From Macrostomum hystrix (Eukaryota; Animalia; Platyhelminthes): a stretch of DNA of 64,000 nt. The stretch spans positions 8,928,001-8,992,000 of the forward strand of contig CATNEN010000025.1 of the NCBI GenBank assembly GCA_950097015.1, written 5' to 3'. Below the pieces are notes generated by a model. It searched no databases and was not told the DNA's origin. It saw only the letters and a list, made by a program, of their open reading frames with translations. Every line of letters starts with the position of its first letter. Position 1 is the stretch's first letter. This document shows, piece after piece, positions 62,905 through 64,000 of this stretch. The translations under genes were made by a program, and so were the position numbers.

Positions 62905-64000
62905 CACTCTACTCATATTACCTGTTATCCTGACTCTCATGTTACCTGTTATCCTGACTCTCATGTTACCTGTTATCCTGACTCTCATGTTACCTGTTAT
63001 CCTGACTCTCATGCTACCTGTAATCCTGACTCTCATGTTACCTGTTATCCTGACTCTCATGCTACCTGTTATCCTGACTCTCATGTTACCTGTTATCCTG
63101 ACTCTCATGTTACCTGTTATCCTGACTCTCATGTTACCTGTTATCCTGACTCTCATGTTACCTGTTATCCTGACTCTCATGTTACCTGTTATCCTGACTC
63201 TCATGCTACCTGTTATCCTGACTCTCATGTTACCTGTTATCCTGACTCTCATGTTACCTGTTATCCTGACTCTCATGTTACCTGTTATCCTGACTCTCAT
63301 GTTACCTGTTATCCTGACTCTCATGTTACCTGTTATCCTGACTCTCATGTAACCTGTTATCCTGACTCTCATGTTACCTGTCATCCTGACTCTCATGTTA
63401 CCTGTTATCCTGACTCTCATGCTACCTGTTATCCTGACTCTCATGTTACCTGTTATCCTGACTCTCATGTTACCTGTTATCCTGACTCTCATGTTACCTG
63501 TTATCCTGACTCTCATGTTACCTGTTATCCTGACTCTCATGTTACCTGTTATCCTGACTCTCATGCTACCTGTTATCCTGACTCTCATGTAACCTGTTAT
63601 CCTGACTCTCATGTTACCTGTTATCCTGACTCTCAATCTGTTATGCTGACTCTCATGTAACCTGTTATCCTGACTCTCAATCTGTTATCCTGACTCTGAT
63701 GTTACCTGTTATCCTGACTCTCATGTTACCTGTTATCCTGACTCTCAACCTGTTATCCTGACTCTCATGTTACCTGTTATCCTGACTCTCATGCTACCTG
63801 TTATCCTGACTCTCATGTAACCTGTTATCCTGACTCTCATGTTACCTGTCATCCTGACTCTCATGTTACCTGTTATCCTGACTCTCATGCTACCTGTTAT
63901 CCTGACTCTCATGTTACCTGTTATCCTGACTCTCATGCTACCTGTAATCCTGACTCTCATGTTACCTGTTATCCTGACTCTCATGCTACCTGTTATCCTG
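62905..64000. repeat. 24-bp minisatellite running off the window end
   Basis: Unit GTTACCTGTTATCCTGACTCTCAT; starts shortly after a GTGAGT donor-like site at 62861. Confidence 0.95.

Overview
Eukaryotic (invertebrate animal) genomic DNA with GC-rich spliced exons, AT-rich flanks and many minisatellites. The style resembles a free-living flatworm such as Macrostomum, but that is inference only. (1) A segmental, probably tandem, duplication: 1-15172 is repeated at 23948-34919. Each copy carries a spliced signal peptide-CUB-C-type-lectin-like-mucin-GPI surface-protein gene, a 5'-truncated RTE/RTEX-like LINE, a THAP-domain ORF and the two last exons of a bestrophin. (2) A 9-kb interval between the copies holds MED25-like and MOV10-like fragments plus BEL/Pao and LINE debris. 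(3) A cluster of two full divergent bestrophins (minus strand 33939-43718; plus strand 50287-59063) flanks a complete pancreatic-lipase-like gene (minus strand 45594-48884). Almost every intron of these three genes carries its own minisatellite. Best leads: the two surface-protein paralogs differ almost only by amino-acid-changing substitutions clustered in ectodomain exons (13 of 28 residues in exon 2, no silent change at the conserved codons) while nearby introns are far more similar; five intron positions are not shared between the two bestrophins; and a Merlin-type transposon is present in one duplicate with a clean empty site in the other. No prokaryote-type system (CRISPR etc.) is present. 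All family assignments are from motif recognition, not database searches.
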